From positions 64,001 to 128,000 of the forward strand of contig CAVUWD010000014.1 of NCBI GenBank assembly GCA_963745025.1: DNA of 64,000 nucleotides. Reading direction: 5' to 3'. This document shows, in pieces, positions 1-8,666 of the stretch. The position numbers and the translations under genes were made by a program. The stretch's first letter is position 1. The number at the start of each line of letters is the position of its first letter. The notes below the pieces were generated by a model. That model made no database searches. It saw only the letters and a program-made list of their open reading frames with translations, and was not told the DNA's origin. The stretch is from an uncultured delta proteobacterium. Its GTDB lineage: Bacteria; Desulfobacterota; Binatia; JACPRU01.

Positions 1-65
1 CATAGTATGGCGGGGCGGCATCTTCGCCGAGCGGAAGGAGCTCGCGCGGATAGGAGGACCAGCGG

Positions 66-869
66 ATGAGTCGGATCGACGGGAAGGTGGCGCTCATTTC
101 GGGCGCGGCGAGCGGCATCGGCGCGGAGACCGCGCGTGTGCTCGCCGAGGCGGGCGGCGTGGTGGTGCTCGCCGACATCGACGAAGCGGGTGGCGTGCGT
201 GTAACCGCGGCGCTCAAGGCGGCGGGGCACGGCGCACACTTCCACCGCCTTGACGTCACGCGCGAGCAGGACTGGGAGTCCGTCACGCGCCGCGTCTGCG
301 GCGAACTCGGCGGCATCGACGTCGTGGTGAACAACGCCGGGATCGAGCTGATCAAGCGTATCGCCGATCTCACCCTCGACGATTGGCACCGCGTGAGCGG
401 CGTGAACCTCGACGGTGTATTCCTGGGCACGAAGTACGGCATTTGGGCCATGACCGAGGGCAGCACCCGGCGGCCGAAGGGCGGCTCGATCGTGAATCTG
501 TCGTCGGTGGCGGGTCTCGTCGGCACGCCCGGCCAGTCCGCGTACAACATGAGCAAGGGCGGCGTGCGCCTCTTCACGAAATCGGCGGCGCTGGAGTGCG
601 CGCAGCTCGGCTACGGAATCCGCGTCAACTCGGTGCACCCCGGCGTGATCGAGACGCCGATGGTCGCGGCGGCGTGGAAGGAGTGGTCGGCGGTCGGCTT
701 TGGCGCGACGGACGCGGAGACGCGAGCGAACGTCCTCGCGCTGCACCCGATCGGCCGGCTCGGCCGCGCCGAGGACGTCGCGCGCGCGATCCTCTACCTC
801 GCCTCCGACGACTCGTCGTTCGTCACGGGCGCGGAGCTTGTGGTCGACGGCGGCCTCACCGCGCAGTAG
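66..869 (+). CDS. Short-chain dehydrogenase/reductase (3-beta/cyclopentanol dehydrogenase-like)
   Basis: SGAASGIG NAD-binding motif, NNAG, YxxxK (YNMSK), C-terminal VDGG; AGGAGG RBS upstream. Confidence 0.92.
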   Translation: MSRIDGKVALISGAASGIGAETARVLAEAGGVVVLADIDEAGGVRVTAALKAAGHGAHFHRLDVTREQDWESVTRRVCGELGGIDVVVNNAGIELIKRIADLTLDDWHRVSGVNLDGVFLGTKYGIWAMTEGSTRRPKGGSIVNLSSVAGLVGTPGQSAYNMSKGGVRLFTKSAALECAQLGYGIRVNSVHPGVIETPMVAAAWKEWSAVGFGATDAETRANVLALHPIGRLGRAEDVARAILYLASDDSSFVTGAELVVDGGLTAQ

Positions 870-1082
870 CAAGATCGACTGATCGTCCGGCAGCGACTTC
901 CCGCCGCCCGCACGCGACCCGCGCGCCTACACGCCGAAGCACCTTGCCGAGAAGATTCTGCCATCCAAGCGACCAACTCGACCCGCGCCATCGCGCGGGA
1001 CAACGTGGCAGTCCAACGAGCCGCTCTGCTATGCTGCGGTCGCGGCTTTCGTCATGGTTGCGGCAATCCGGGAGGGATGTCG

Positions 1083-1550
1083 ATGGAAACTTCAGCGCTT
1101 CTGAAGGCGTTCTGCTCCGCCGTCGAACGGCGTGACGGCAAGGCATTCGCTGCCCTGTTCACGTCCGACGGCGTCTATCACGATGTGTTTTACGGCGCGT
1201 TCAAAGGACCCGAAAAAATCGTCGAGATGATCGACGATTGGTTCTATCGTACGGCGCGCGAGCTCCGCTGGGAAATGTTCCGGCCGGTGAGCGACGGCAA
1301 GACACTCTACGCCTACTACACCTTCAGCTACGTCTCGACCTTGCCCGAAGCTCGGGGCAAGCGCGTGGGCTTCGAGGGCGTCTCGATGATGAGCTTGCGC
1401 GACGGCAAGATCGCCGAGTATCGCGAGGTCGCCAACGTCGGCCCGGGCTTCGTGCAGATGGGCTTTGCTCCGGAGCGCATCGCCAAGATCCTCGGGCGCG
1501 AAGGCGAGCAACTGAGGAAGCGGCCAGAGTGGACGCGGCACTCGGCGTAG
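1083..1550 (+). CDS. SnoaL/NTF2-like protein
   Basis: FAALFTSDGVYHD...DGKIAEYRE pattern of the NTF2 fold; GGAGG 7 nt upstream of ATG 1083. Confidence 0.8.
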   Translation: METSALLKAFCSAVERRDGKAFAALFTSDGVYHDVFYGAFKGPEKIVEMIDDWFYRTARELRWEMFRPVSDGKTLYAYYTFSYVSTLPEARGKRVGFEGVSMMSLRDGKIAEYREVANVGPGFVQMGFAPERIAKILGREGEQLRKRPEWTRHSA

Positions 1551-1557
1551 CTCCGCG

Positions 1558-1605
1558 TCCGCCCTTCGGGCACGTCACCCACCCATATGGTGGGGGAGGA
1601 AGGGA
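1558..1605. repeat. REP-like palindromic element
   Basis: GCCCTTCGGGC tetraloop hairpin followed by CCCAC..GTGGG hairpin and AGGAAGGG, resembling the common CCGCCCTTCGGGCACCTTCTCCC...GGGAGAAGGG intergenic repeats; directly after a stop codon. Confidence 0.4.
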
Positions 1606-1796
1606 CTCTTCGTTCACGGCCTTAGACCTCGGCCAGAGACGGTCGCCGAAGTGATCAGGGAGTCGACAGTCGAGCGGCGGCAGTCTAGAGTGCGTGCGGT
1701 CGGTGCTGTCGGCGGGGGCTACGGCCACGTGAGTTGCGGCTGCCCTTTTACCATTACCATCTCATGACAGGTTCACGCAGCGAAAGGAGCTGACCT

Positions 1797-3033
1797 ATGC
1801 GCTTCAAAGCGGTGGTTGGCGGCGTCGGCATGACGCGATTCGGCAAGCACATGGACACGGGGCTCAAGGCGCTCGGCGCCGAGGCCGTGCAGGCGGCGAT
1901 CGCGGACGCCGGCATTCAGGCCGGCGACATCGAGGCCGCGTTCGTCGGCAACGCCGCGGCCGGGCTCGTCACCGGCCAGGAGTCCATCCGCGGCCAGGTG
2001 ATCCTGCGCAGCATCGGCATCGGCCGCATTCCCGTGGTCAACGTCGAGAACGCCTGCGCCAGCGCCTCGACGGCGCTCCACCAGGCCTGCGCGATGGTGT
2101 CCGCCGGCATGCTACGACGTCGTGCTCGCGCTCGGCGTCGAGAAGCTCTACCACGAGGACAAGCGCAAGAGCTTCGCGGCCTTCAGCGGCGCGGTGGATG
2201 TCGAGATCCTGCAGATGCTGCTCGAGGGCCTCAAAGCGAGCGCCAAGCGCAGGGGCGCCGAGGCCGCCGAGGGCGGCGCCGGCGAGAAGCGCTCGATGTT
2301 CATGGACATCTACGCCGCCGCGGCGCGCAGCCACATGCAGCGCTACGGCACCACCGCCCAGCAGTTCGCCGCAGTGGCGGCCAAGAACTCATTCCACGGC
2401 AGCATGAACCCGCGCGCGCAGTTCCGCGAGGTGCTGACCGTGGACCAGGTGCTCGCCGCGCCGATGATCGCCGAGCCGCTGACGCGGCCGATGTGCTCGC
2501 CGATCGGCGACGGCGCCGCGGCGGTGCTCGTGGTGAGCGAACGGAAGGCGCGGGAGCGCGGCGTGCGCGCCCCGGTGCGCGTGGTCACGCATGGTGCTCC
2601 GCTCCGGCTGGGATCACGGCATCGACGAGCCGGGCACGGTCGAGGTCTGCGCGCAAGAAGCCTACGAGGAAGCCGGCCTCGGCCCGAACGACGTCAACGT
2701 CATCGAATGCCACGACGCCTCCGCGCCGGCCGAACTGATGGCCTACGAGTCGCTCGGCCTGTGCGCCAAGGGCGAGGGCGGGGCACTGGTCGACAGCGGC
2801 GCGACGAGACTCGGCGGACGCATTCCGGTCAACACCTCCGGCGGCCTGCTGCGCAAGGGGCACCCGGTCGGCGCCACCGGCATCGCGCAGATCGTCGAGC
2901 TGACCGAGCAGTTGCAGGGCCGCAGCGGCAAGCGCCAGGTCGCAACGCCCGCATCGGTCTCGCACACAACGGTGGCGGCACGATCGGCATCGACGCCGCC
3001 GCGATGTGCGTCACCATCCTGCAGCGCGATTAG
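1797..3033 (+). CDS. Thiolase, SCP2/lipid-transfer type (frameshifted in this assembly)
   Basis: NVENACAS, ECHD and GHPVGATG motifs spread over three ORF frames (shifts near 2110, 2590, 2945). Confidence 0.85.
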
Positions 3034-3118
3034 GGCGCCTGTGGAATCGTGCACCCTACACCGCAGGGCCGGCCGTGCCGGCCGAACCATAGTTGCTGCA
3101 GTTGAGGCTTGGAGCCCT

Positions 3119-3143
3119 CTCTCCCACACTCGCGGTGGGAGAG
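3119..3143. repeat. REP-like hairpin
   Basis: CTCTCCCAC-N7-GTGGGAGAG perfect 9-bp stem in the thiolase-ligase spacer. Confidence 0.45.
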
Positions 3144-3165
3144 GGCCCTCCCGGAGAGAACGCAC

Positions 3166-4779
3166 ATGCGTGAACGCAACGAACTGATCCTGACCGACCT
3201 GATCGCGGCGCGCGCCGAGGCCCGCCCGGACCTCGACGTGCTCACCTTCGAACGCTGGAGCATCGGCGACGGCGCCTCGCCCGACGAGGTGCGCACCTAC
3301 GCGGCACTGCGCGAGAATGCCAACCGCATCGCCGCCGCGCTGGTGCGCCACGGCATGGCGCCGGGGGCGCGCTTCGGACTGATGATGCGCAACCATCCCG
3401 AGTTCGTGGAGACGATGATCGCGGCCTCCATCACCGGCTGCGTGTTCGTGCCGATCGACCCGCGCACGCGCGGCGAGAAGCTCGCGTACATGCTGCGTCA
3501 GTCGGGATGCCAGGGCCTGGTGTGCGCCGACTATTGCCTCGATCAGGTCCGCGACATCCGCGCCAAGGTGCCCGACATGCGCTGGGTCCTGGTGCTCGAG
3601 ACGGGCGAGAACGGCGCGCCGGTGCCGCTGGACGGCGTCGATTCCCTCAACGAGGTGCTCGCAAAGGCGGCGGCAACGGTGGACGTGCGCCTCGAGCACG
3701 CCGACGCGCCGCTGCAGATCATCTACACATCGGGGACGACCGGCGACCCGAAAGGCGTCGTCTTCCCCAACTCGCGCTTCGGGCTCTTCGCCATGCTCGG
3801 GATGATGCTCGGCTACCAGCCCGACGACCGGCCATACACCGGCCTTTCGCTTACGCACGGCAACGCCCAGGCGGTGACCCTCGGCCCGTCCCTGCACATG
3901 GGCTTGCGCGCGGTGTTCAGCCGCAAGTTCACCAAGTCGCGCCTGTGGGATATCACCCGCCGCTACGGGTGCACGACCTTCTCGATGCTCGGCGGCATGG
4001 CCACGGCGATTTACAGCGAGCCGCGCCGCCCCAACGACGGCGACAATCCGGTGCGCGTGGTGATCGACGCCGGCATGCCGGCGTCGATCATGGGGGAGTT
4101 CGAGCGGCGCTTCGGGGTGCGCATCTTCGAGTGGTACGGCGCGGTCGAAGGCGGACTGGCCTTCAAGCCGATCGGTGTCGGGCCGATCGGCAGCTTCGGC
4201 AAGCCGGTGCCCGGACTCGATATGAAGGTCGTCGACGAGCAGGACAACGAGTGCCCGCCGGAGGTGGTCGGCGAGATCGTCTCGCGCCCCGCGACCGGCG
4301 AGTCGGCCAACGTCGAGTACTTCGAAAACGAGGAGGCGTCGCGCAAGAAGACGCACGGCGGCTGGCTGCGCAGCGGCGACATGGGACACCGGGACGCCGA
4401 CGGTTGGTTCTTCTTCGATTACCGCAAGGGCGGCAGCATTCGCCACAACGGCGACTTCGTCAACGCCGGCTTCGTCGAGAAGGTGATCGCCGAGCACCCG
4501 GCCGTGGCGGACGTCTTCGTGTACGGTGTCCCGGCGGCATCGGGGGCACCGGGAGAGAAGGACGTGGTTGCGGCGATCGTGCCCGCGGCCGGCGTGGGGT
4601 TCGATGCCGACTCGGTGTTCGCGGCGTGCCGCAAGGGGCTCGAGCCGAACTTCGTGCCGTCCTATTTGCAGGTGGTGGACGAGATTCCGAAGACGGCATC
4701 GGAGAAGCCACAGGAGCGCTTCCTGATCGAGCGCTTCGCCCCCGACGGACCGGGGATCTTCACCCAAACGCAAGCGTAG
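3166..4779 (+). CDS. Acyl-CoA ligase (AMP-binding, CaiC-like)
   Basis: IYTSGTTGDPKG AMP-binding motif, WYGAVEG, SGD, C-terminal PKTASEK; GGAGAG RBS. Confidence 0.9.
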   Translation: MRERNELILTDLIAARAEARPDLDVLTFERWSIGDGASPDEVRTYAALRENANRIAAALVRHGMAPGARFGLMMRNHPEFVETMIAASITGCVFVPIDPRTRGEKLAYMLRQSGCQGLVCADYCLDQVRDIRAKVPDMRWVLVLETGENGAPVPLDGVDSLNEVLAKAAATVDVRLEHADAPLQIIYTSGTTGDPKGVVFPNSRFGLFAMLGMMLGYQPDDRPYTGLSLTHGNAQAVTLGPSLHMGLRAVFSRKFTKSRLWDITRRYGCTTFSMLGGMATAIYSEPRRPNDGDNPVRVVIDAGMPASIMGEFERRFGVRIFEWYGAVEGGLAFKPIGVGPIGSFGKPVPGLDMKVVDEQDNECPPEVVGEIVSRPATGESANVEYFENEEASRKKTHGGWLRSGDMGHRDADGWFFFDYRKGGSIRHNGDFVNAGFVEKVIAEHPAVADVFVYGVPAASGAPGEKDVVAAIVPAAGVGFDADSVFAACRKGLEPNFVPSYLQVVDEIPKTASEKPQERFLIERFAPDGPGIFTQTQA

Positions 4780-4925
4780 GCGGCGGAGCGTTCAGCGAAT
4801 AGGCGCAGTGTCCCCCGGCACCTGCGCTGAGGGGAAGTGCGCCCGCTCAGAAAGCGAACTTCCCATCAGTCGCCGGTGCGGCCGACGGGCTGCCACAAAA
4901 ATCGCCGCCACATCTGCCGATGACG

Positions 4926-5312
4926 CTATTCTCCGCCTCCCGAAGGAACGACATGACAGTCGCTACACCTATCGTAGGCCGGCATATACGAAATGAAAAT
5001 TTTGTTGCCATGGCATCTGGCGCACGGTTTATCGGCTTCCATATTCACATTCTGAAAACCGACTAAGCTGGGGGGGACCATTGGCCCGGCACCCGTATTG
5101 ACATCGGTATGGCAATCGGTGCAGCTGCCCGCGCCTTCCGAATTGTACATCTCAATATGCCTCTTGCCGATGTCGGCCGTGGGTTTCCATAGGAGGCCCG
5201 CACTTTCACCACCACCACTACGACGACTACCAGTGCCATCCGCCAGGGCAATCCCTGCAAAGGCGACGAGAACAACCGCCACTACAAGCAACTTCACAGA
5301 CAGACTTTTCAT
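4926..5312 (-). CDS. Small secreted triheme c-type cytochrome
   Basis: Signal peptide MKSLSVKLLVVAVVLVAFAGIALA; three CxxCH motifs (CTDCH, CARCH, CSDCH); AGGAGG RBS at 5321-5326; visibly lower GC than flanks. Confidence 0.85.
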   Translation of the reverse strand: MKSLSVKLLVVAVVLVAFAGIALADGTGSRRSGGGESAGLLWKPTADIGKRHIEMYNSEGAGSCTDCHTDVNTGAGPMVPPSLVGFQNVNMEADKPCARCHGNKIFISYMPAYDRCSDCHVVPSGGGE

Positions 5313-5767
5313 CTCAAGCACCTCCTCTTGATTGGTGGAACCGTCAATGAACCTGAATGCACCGCGGCCGCCCGCAAATTGCCCATGTGTTGGGCGACGT
5401 GACGCCTTCTCGAACCTTCGACCTTGTCCTTCCGGCAGCTTCCACATCCATGGCTGCTTCCCCCCTTTTCGCGATCTCAAAATGGGAATTTTACCCATTC
5501 ACAATGCATCTGATAGCAACTAGCCGTGAGCCGAGCAAGAGGAAAAATGCGATGAGTTGGGGATCAACGAAGGACAGCGCTTTGGCGAGAGCCGACCAGG
5601 AATCGTAAACACGGGCCGGTCTCCCCCACGATCTCGGGCTCGATGTGGTAGCCCGAGTTGTCGAGGTAGCGCCTGGCGATCGAACCCGCAGGCGGCACAC
5701 CTGCCGCAGGCCGATCATCGCGCCGTTCGGCACCGGCGTCGCGCAGGGTGCGTCAAGAAGGCCCGGG

Positions 5768-5930
5768 CGAGCTCTAAGACAAACGGCGAACCTTACCGTG
5801 CCCGTTCCGGTAACCCGCCGCCGCATCCACCACTACCCCGCCGCTCCGGCTCGTGCCGCCCGAGCAGATCGGTGATCTCTTCCTCGAGCAGATCTTGGAT
5901 CCGGCCCTGCAACCTGATCCGCGCGAATCC
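5768..5930 (-). mobile_element. IS256-family transposase remnant
   Basis: Minus strand encodes IQDLLEEEITDLLGRHEPERR then, after a shift, DAAAGYRNGHGKVRRLS*; the LEEE...LG...YRNG pattern is the IS256 transposase N-terminus. Confidence 0.7.
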
Positions 5931-5942
5931 GGGGGACGACGT

Positions 5943-6470
5943 CTATTTGACGACGCCGCAGGCGATGCGGCCGCCGCCGCCACCGAGCGGCTTCGGCTGG
6001 TCGGATAAGTTGTCGCCGCCTTCGTGGATCACCACCGCGTGTCCCGCGAGGTCCGCCACCTTGAGACGCGGGGCCGTCAGCTTCTCCTCGGCGATGCCAT
6101 TCTTGTCCACGACGAGGGGCGGCAGGTCGCCGAGGTGCCCCTGGCCATTCGGTCCTTCGTGCTTGCCGGTCTTGGCTGGATCGAGGTGGCCTCCGGCCGC
6201 CACCCCGGCCGTCATCTTTCCGTCCTTCTCCTTCGGGCCGCAGTCGCTCCCCTCATGCACGTGGAGGCCGTGCTCGCCCGGCGGCAGACCAGTGAGCTTG
6301 GTCTCGATGACGAGCCCCTCCTTGCCGTCGTCAAAATGGATCGTGCCGAGCGCCTTACCAACCCCCTTTTCATCGATCTGGTTCATCGTCACGGTGACGC
6401 CCGCCGCCAAAGCGAACGGGCTCATCGCAACCGTCGCCGCGATCGTGAGAACGCTCGTTTTCCTCAGCAT
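5943..6470 (-). CDS. sodC: Cu/Zn superoxide dismutase, periplasmic
   Basis: Signal peptide; metal ligands HGLHVHE, GGHLDP, KHEGP, GHLGDLP, VIHEGGD; RIACG. Confidence 0.95.
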   Translation of the reverse strand: MLRKTSVLTIAATVAMSPFALAAGVTVTMNQIDEKGVGKALGTIHFDDGKEGLVIETKLTGLPPGEHGLHVHEGSDCGPKEKDGKMTAGVAAGGHLDPAKTGKHEGPNGQGHLGDLPPLVVDKNGIAEEKLTAPRLKVADLAGHAVVIHEGGDNLSDQPKPLGGGGGRIACGVVK

Positions 6471-6591
6471 CTTTTCTCTCCTTTCCCGTTGAGAAGAGAC
6501 TCTCTACTCTTTCTCCGGTTTCGTCGCCATCGCCGGGTGGCACCACGCCTCCTTGCTCATCTTGCCCGCTCGGCCTCGCGTCTCTTCCCGC

Positions 6592-6648
6592 GCGCAAGCC
6601 TTCTTGTGAACCACGGGCGGAGCCAAGACAAACGATGCGAATCGTCAT
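6592..6648 (-). pseudogene. Possible 5' relic of a DUF488-family gene
   Basis: MTIRIVCLGSARGSQEGLR resembles the DUF488 N-terminus (MxIRIVxLGxPRxxxEGLR); similarity ends abruptly. Confidence 0.3.
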
Positions 6649-7087
6649 GCTGGATCTCTTACAAGATTTCGCGCCGCGCAGTCGATCGGACGGTTCCCTT
6701 GGCACGCAACTATGTCGGCGACAGCGACCTGATCGCCTTCGAAAGGTGAATCTTTGCCAGCGAGGCCGTGAGCGTCGCTCGCGCCCGCGGAACTCGGGAC
6801 CGAGCGACCAAGCGTCCCACATCGCCGCGGGGCACGCCGCGTCGAGCGTCCGCTCGCGGCGCCCGTCGTCACGGCAGATCCTTCGAAGGAAGAGCAGCCG
6901 ACCGTCGTCCTGTGCGAAAGCATAGTCGCAGAGCTCGCACCGCGTCGGCCATGGAGGATCGTCACGAAAGCCGCCGCCGCCAAAGCGCTGTCGGGGCTAC
7001 GGAATCCGGTCATCGAACCGGCATCGCACTAGCCAACATCGTTCGCGGGAATTGCAATCGCTCGGTTGCTCTCAGACAATCGCCGCC

Positions 7088-8488
7088 GTGAACGCGTTTG
7101 CCACCACCACGCCGCAGAAAGCGATCGCGCTCAATCTCGACAGCAGCAAGTACGGCACCATCGCCGAGATCGGCGCGGGGCAGGAGGTCGCGCGCTGGTT
7201 CTTTCGCGTGGGCGGGGCCGCGGGCACCGTGGCGAAGAGCATCTCCGCTTACGACATGGCGGTGAGCGACGCTATCTACGGTTCCGCGCCGCGCTATGTC
7301 AGCCGGCAGCGGCTGCAGGCCATGCTCGACCACGAGTTCACCCTGCTGTGCGATCGCCTGGACGCGTCAAGGGGCGCGACGACGACCTTCTTCGCCTTTG
7401 CCGATACCGTTGCGACACGTAGCTACACGCGCGCAGAGGACGGGCGCGGGTGGGTCGGTGTCCGCTTCCAGCGCGCGCCGCGGGAGGCGCCATCCGACAT
7501 CCTCATCCACGCCCACCTGAAGGACATGACTGCGATGCACCAGCAGGAGGCGCTGGGGGTGCTGGGAGTCAACCTGATCTACGGCGCCTACCACCGCCAC
7601 GCCGAGCCGGCGGCCCTAGCGGGCTCGCTCATGGACGAGCTCTCGCGCGAACGCCTCGAGGTCGACATGATCAAGTTCTCGGGGCCGGCATTCGAGGGCG
7701 TCGACAACCGGCTCATGAGCCTGCAGCTGGTCGAGCAGGGGCTGACGGACACGGCCATGTTCACGGCTGACGGGGAGGTCGTTCAGCCGTCGGAGGTGCT
7801 CTACAAGAAACCCATCCTCGTCGAGCGTGGCAGCTTCAGACCGGCGACCAATCTCACGCTCGACATCCTGGCCGGGGCACGCGCGCAGTTCGTCGAGGAG
7901 CCGGCCGTCAGGGGGCAGGAGCCGATCGTGCTCATGGAGATGACGCTGCGGAATCTCACCACCGAGGCCGGCGTAGACCACGCCGACTTCCTCGCGCGGG
8001 CGGACATACTGGGCGCCCTTGGCTTCGACGTGCTCATCTCCCGTTTCGGGCAGTACTACCGCCTCGTCGATTACCTCGCCACCTACACCGACAAGCCGAT
8101 CGGCATCGCCGCCGGCTTGCCGAGCATCACGGAGATCGCCAACGAGCGATACTACGACAACCTCGCCGGCGGCATGCTTGAGTCGATCGGGCGTCTCTTC
8201 AAGCGCTCGGTCCGGATGTATGTCTATCCGCTGCGCGACGCGGCCGCGGGGCACGTCGTCACCGTCGAGACGCTGCCGGTGACGGGGGCCTGGCGCCACC
8301 TGCGCGACTTCCTCCTTGATAGCGGCCATCTCGTGCCGATCCACCGCTACGACGAGCTCTTGCTGACCATTTCCACCAAGGATGTCCTCGCGCGCATCCA
8401 GTCGGGCGACTCCGGGTGGGAGGCGATGGTGCCCCCCGCGGTCGCGGACACGATCAAGGCCAAGCGTCTCTTCGCGAGCAATCCGTAA
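7088..8488 (+). CDS. Conserved uncharacterised protein with nucleotidyltransferase-like C-terminus (family often labelled nicotinate-nucleotide adenylyltransferase or TonB receptor)
   Basis: YGTIAEIGAGQEVARWFF, SAYDM..SDAIYG, RGSFRP and terminal WEAMVP..VA..IK motifs; no signal peptide or beta-barrel character. Confidence 0.7.
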   Translation: MNAFATTTPQKAIALNLDSSKYGTIAEIGAGQEVARWFFRVGGAAGTVAKSISAYDMAVSDAIYGSAPRYVSRQRLQAMLDHEFTLLCDRLDASRGATTTFFAFADTVATRSYTRAEDGRGWVGVRFQRAPREAPSDILIHAHLKDMTAMHQQEALGVLGVNLIYGAYHRHAEPAALAGSLMDELSRERLEVDMIKFSGPAFEGVDNRLMSLQLVEQGLTDTAMFTADGEVVQPSEVLYKKPILVERGSFRPATNLTLDILAGARAQFVEEPAVRGQEPIVLMEMTLRNLTTEAGVDHADFLARADILGALGFDVLISRFGQYYRLVDYLATYTDKPIGIAAGLPSITEIANERYYDNLAGGMLESIGRLFKRSVRMYVYPLRDAAAGHVVTVETLPVTGAWRHLRDFLLDSGHLVPIHRYDELLLTISTKDVLARIQSGDSGWEAMVPPAVADTIKAKRLFASNP

Positions 8489-8666
8489 AGCGGGCGCGAA
8501 AACCGTGAAGAGCGCCCGGGGACATCATCGCCCCGGGAAATCCGTGAATGGGTGACGGAGTCCATGCGAGACCCCTTTTGATGGAACCGGTGTTCGATTG
8601 ACTTCGGCGCGATGTCCGCAGGAGACTCCGCGCACTTTCGTTTCCTCTCACCCAGGAGAAGAGTCC

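Noticed and set aside
1797-3033. Split thiolase as a multi-gene system
   Set aside because: The fragments join into one SCP2-type thiolase, with the same indel pattern as in the core genes
5330-5500. Riboswitch in the long leader of the triheme cytochrome gene
   Set aside because: Only short hairpins are visible and I could not match a c-di-GMP or other aptamer consensus by eye; an Infernal search would be needed
6700-6716. TGGCACG as a sigma54 promoter
   Set aside because: The -12 TTGC element is absent at the required spacing
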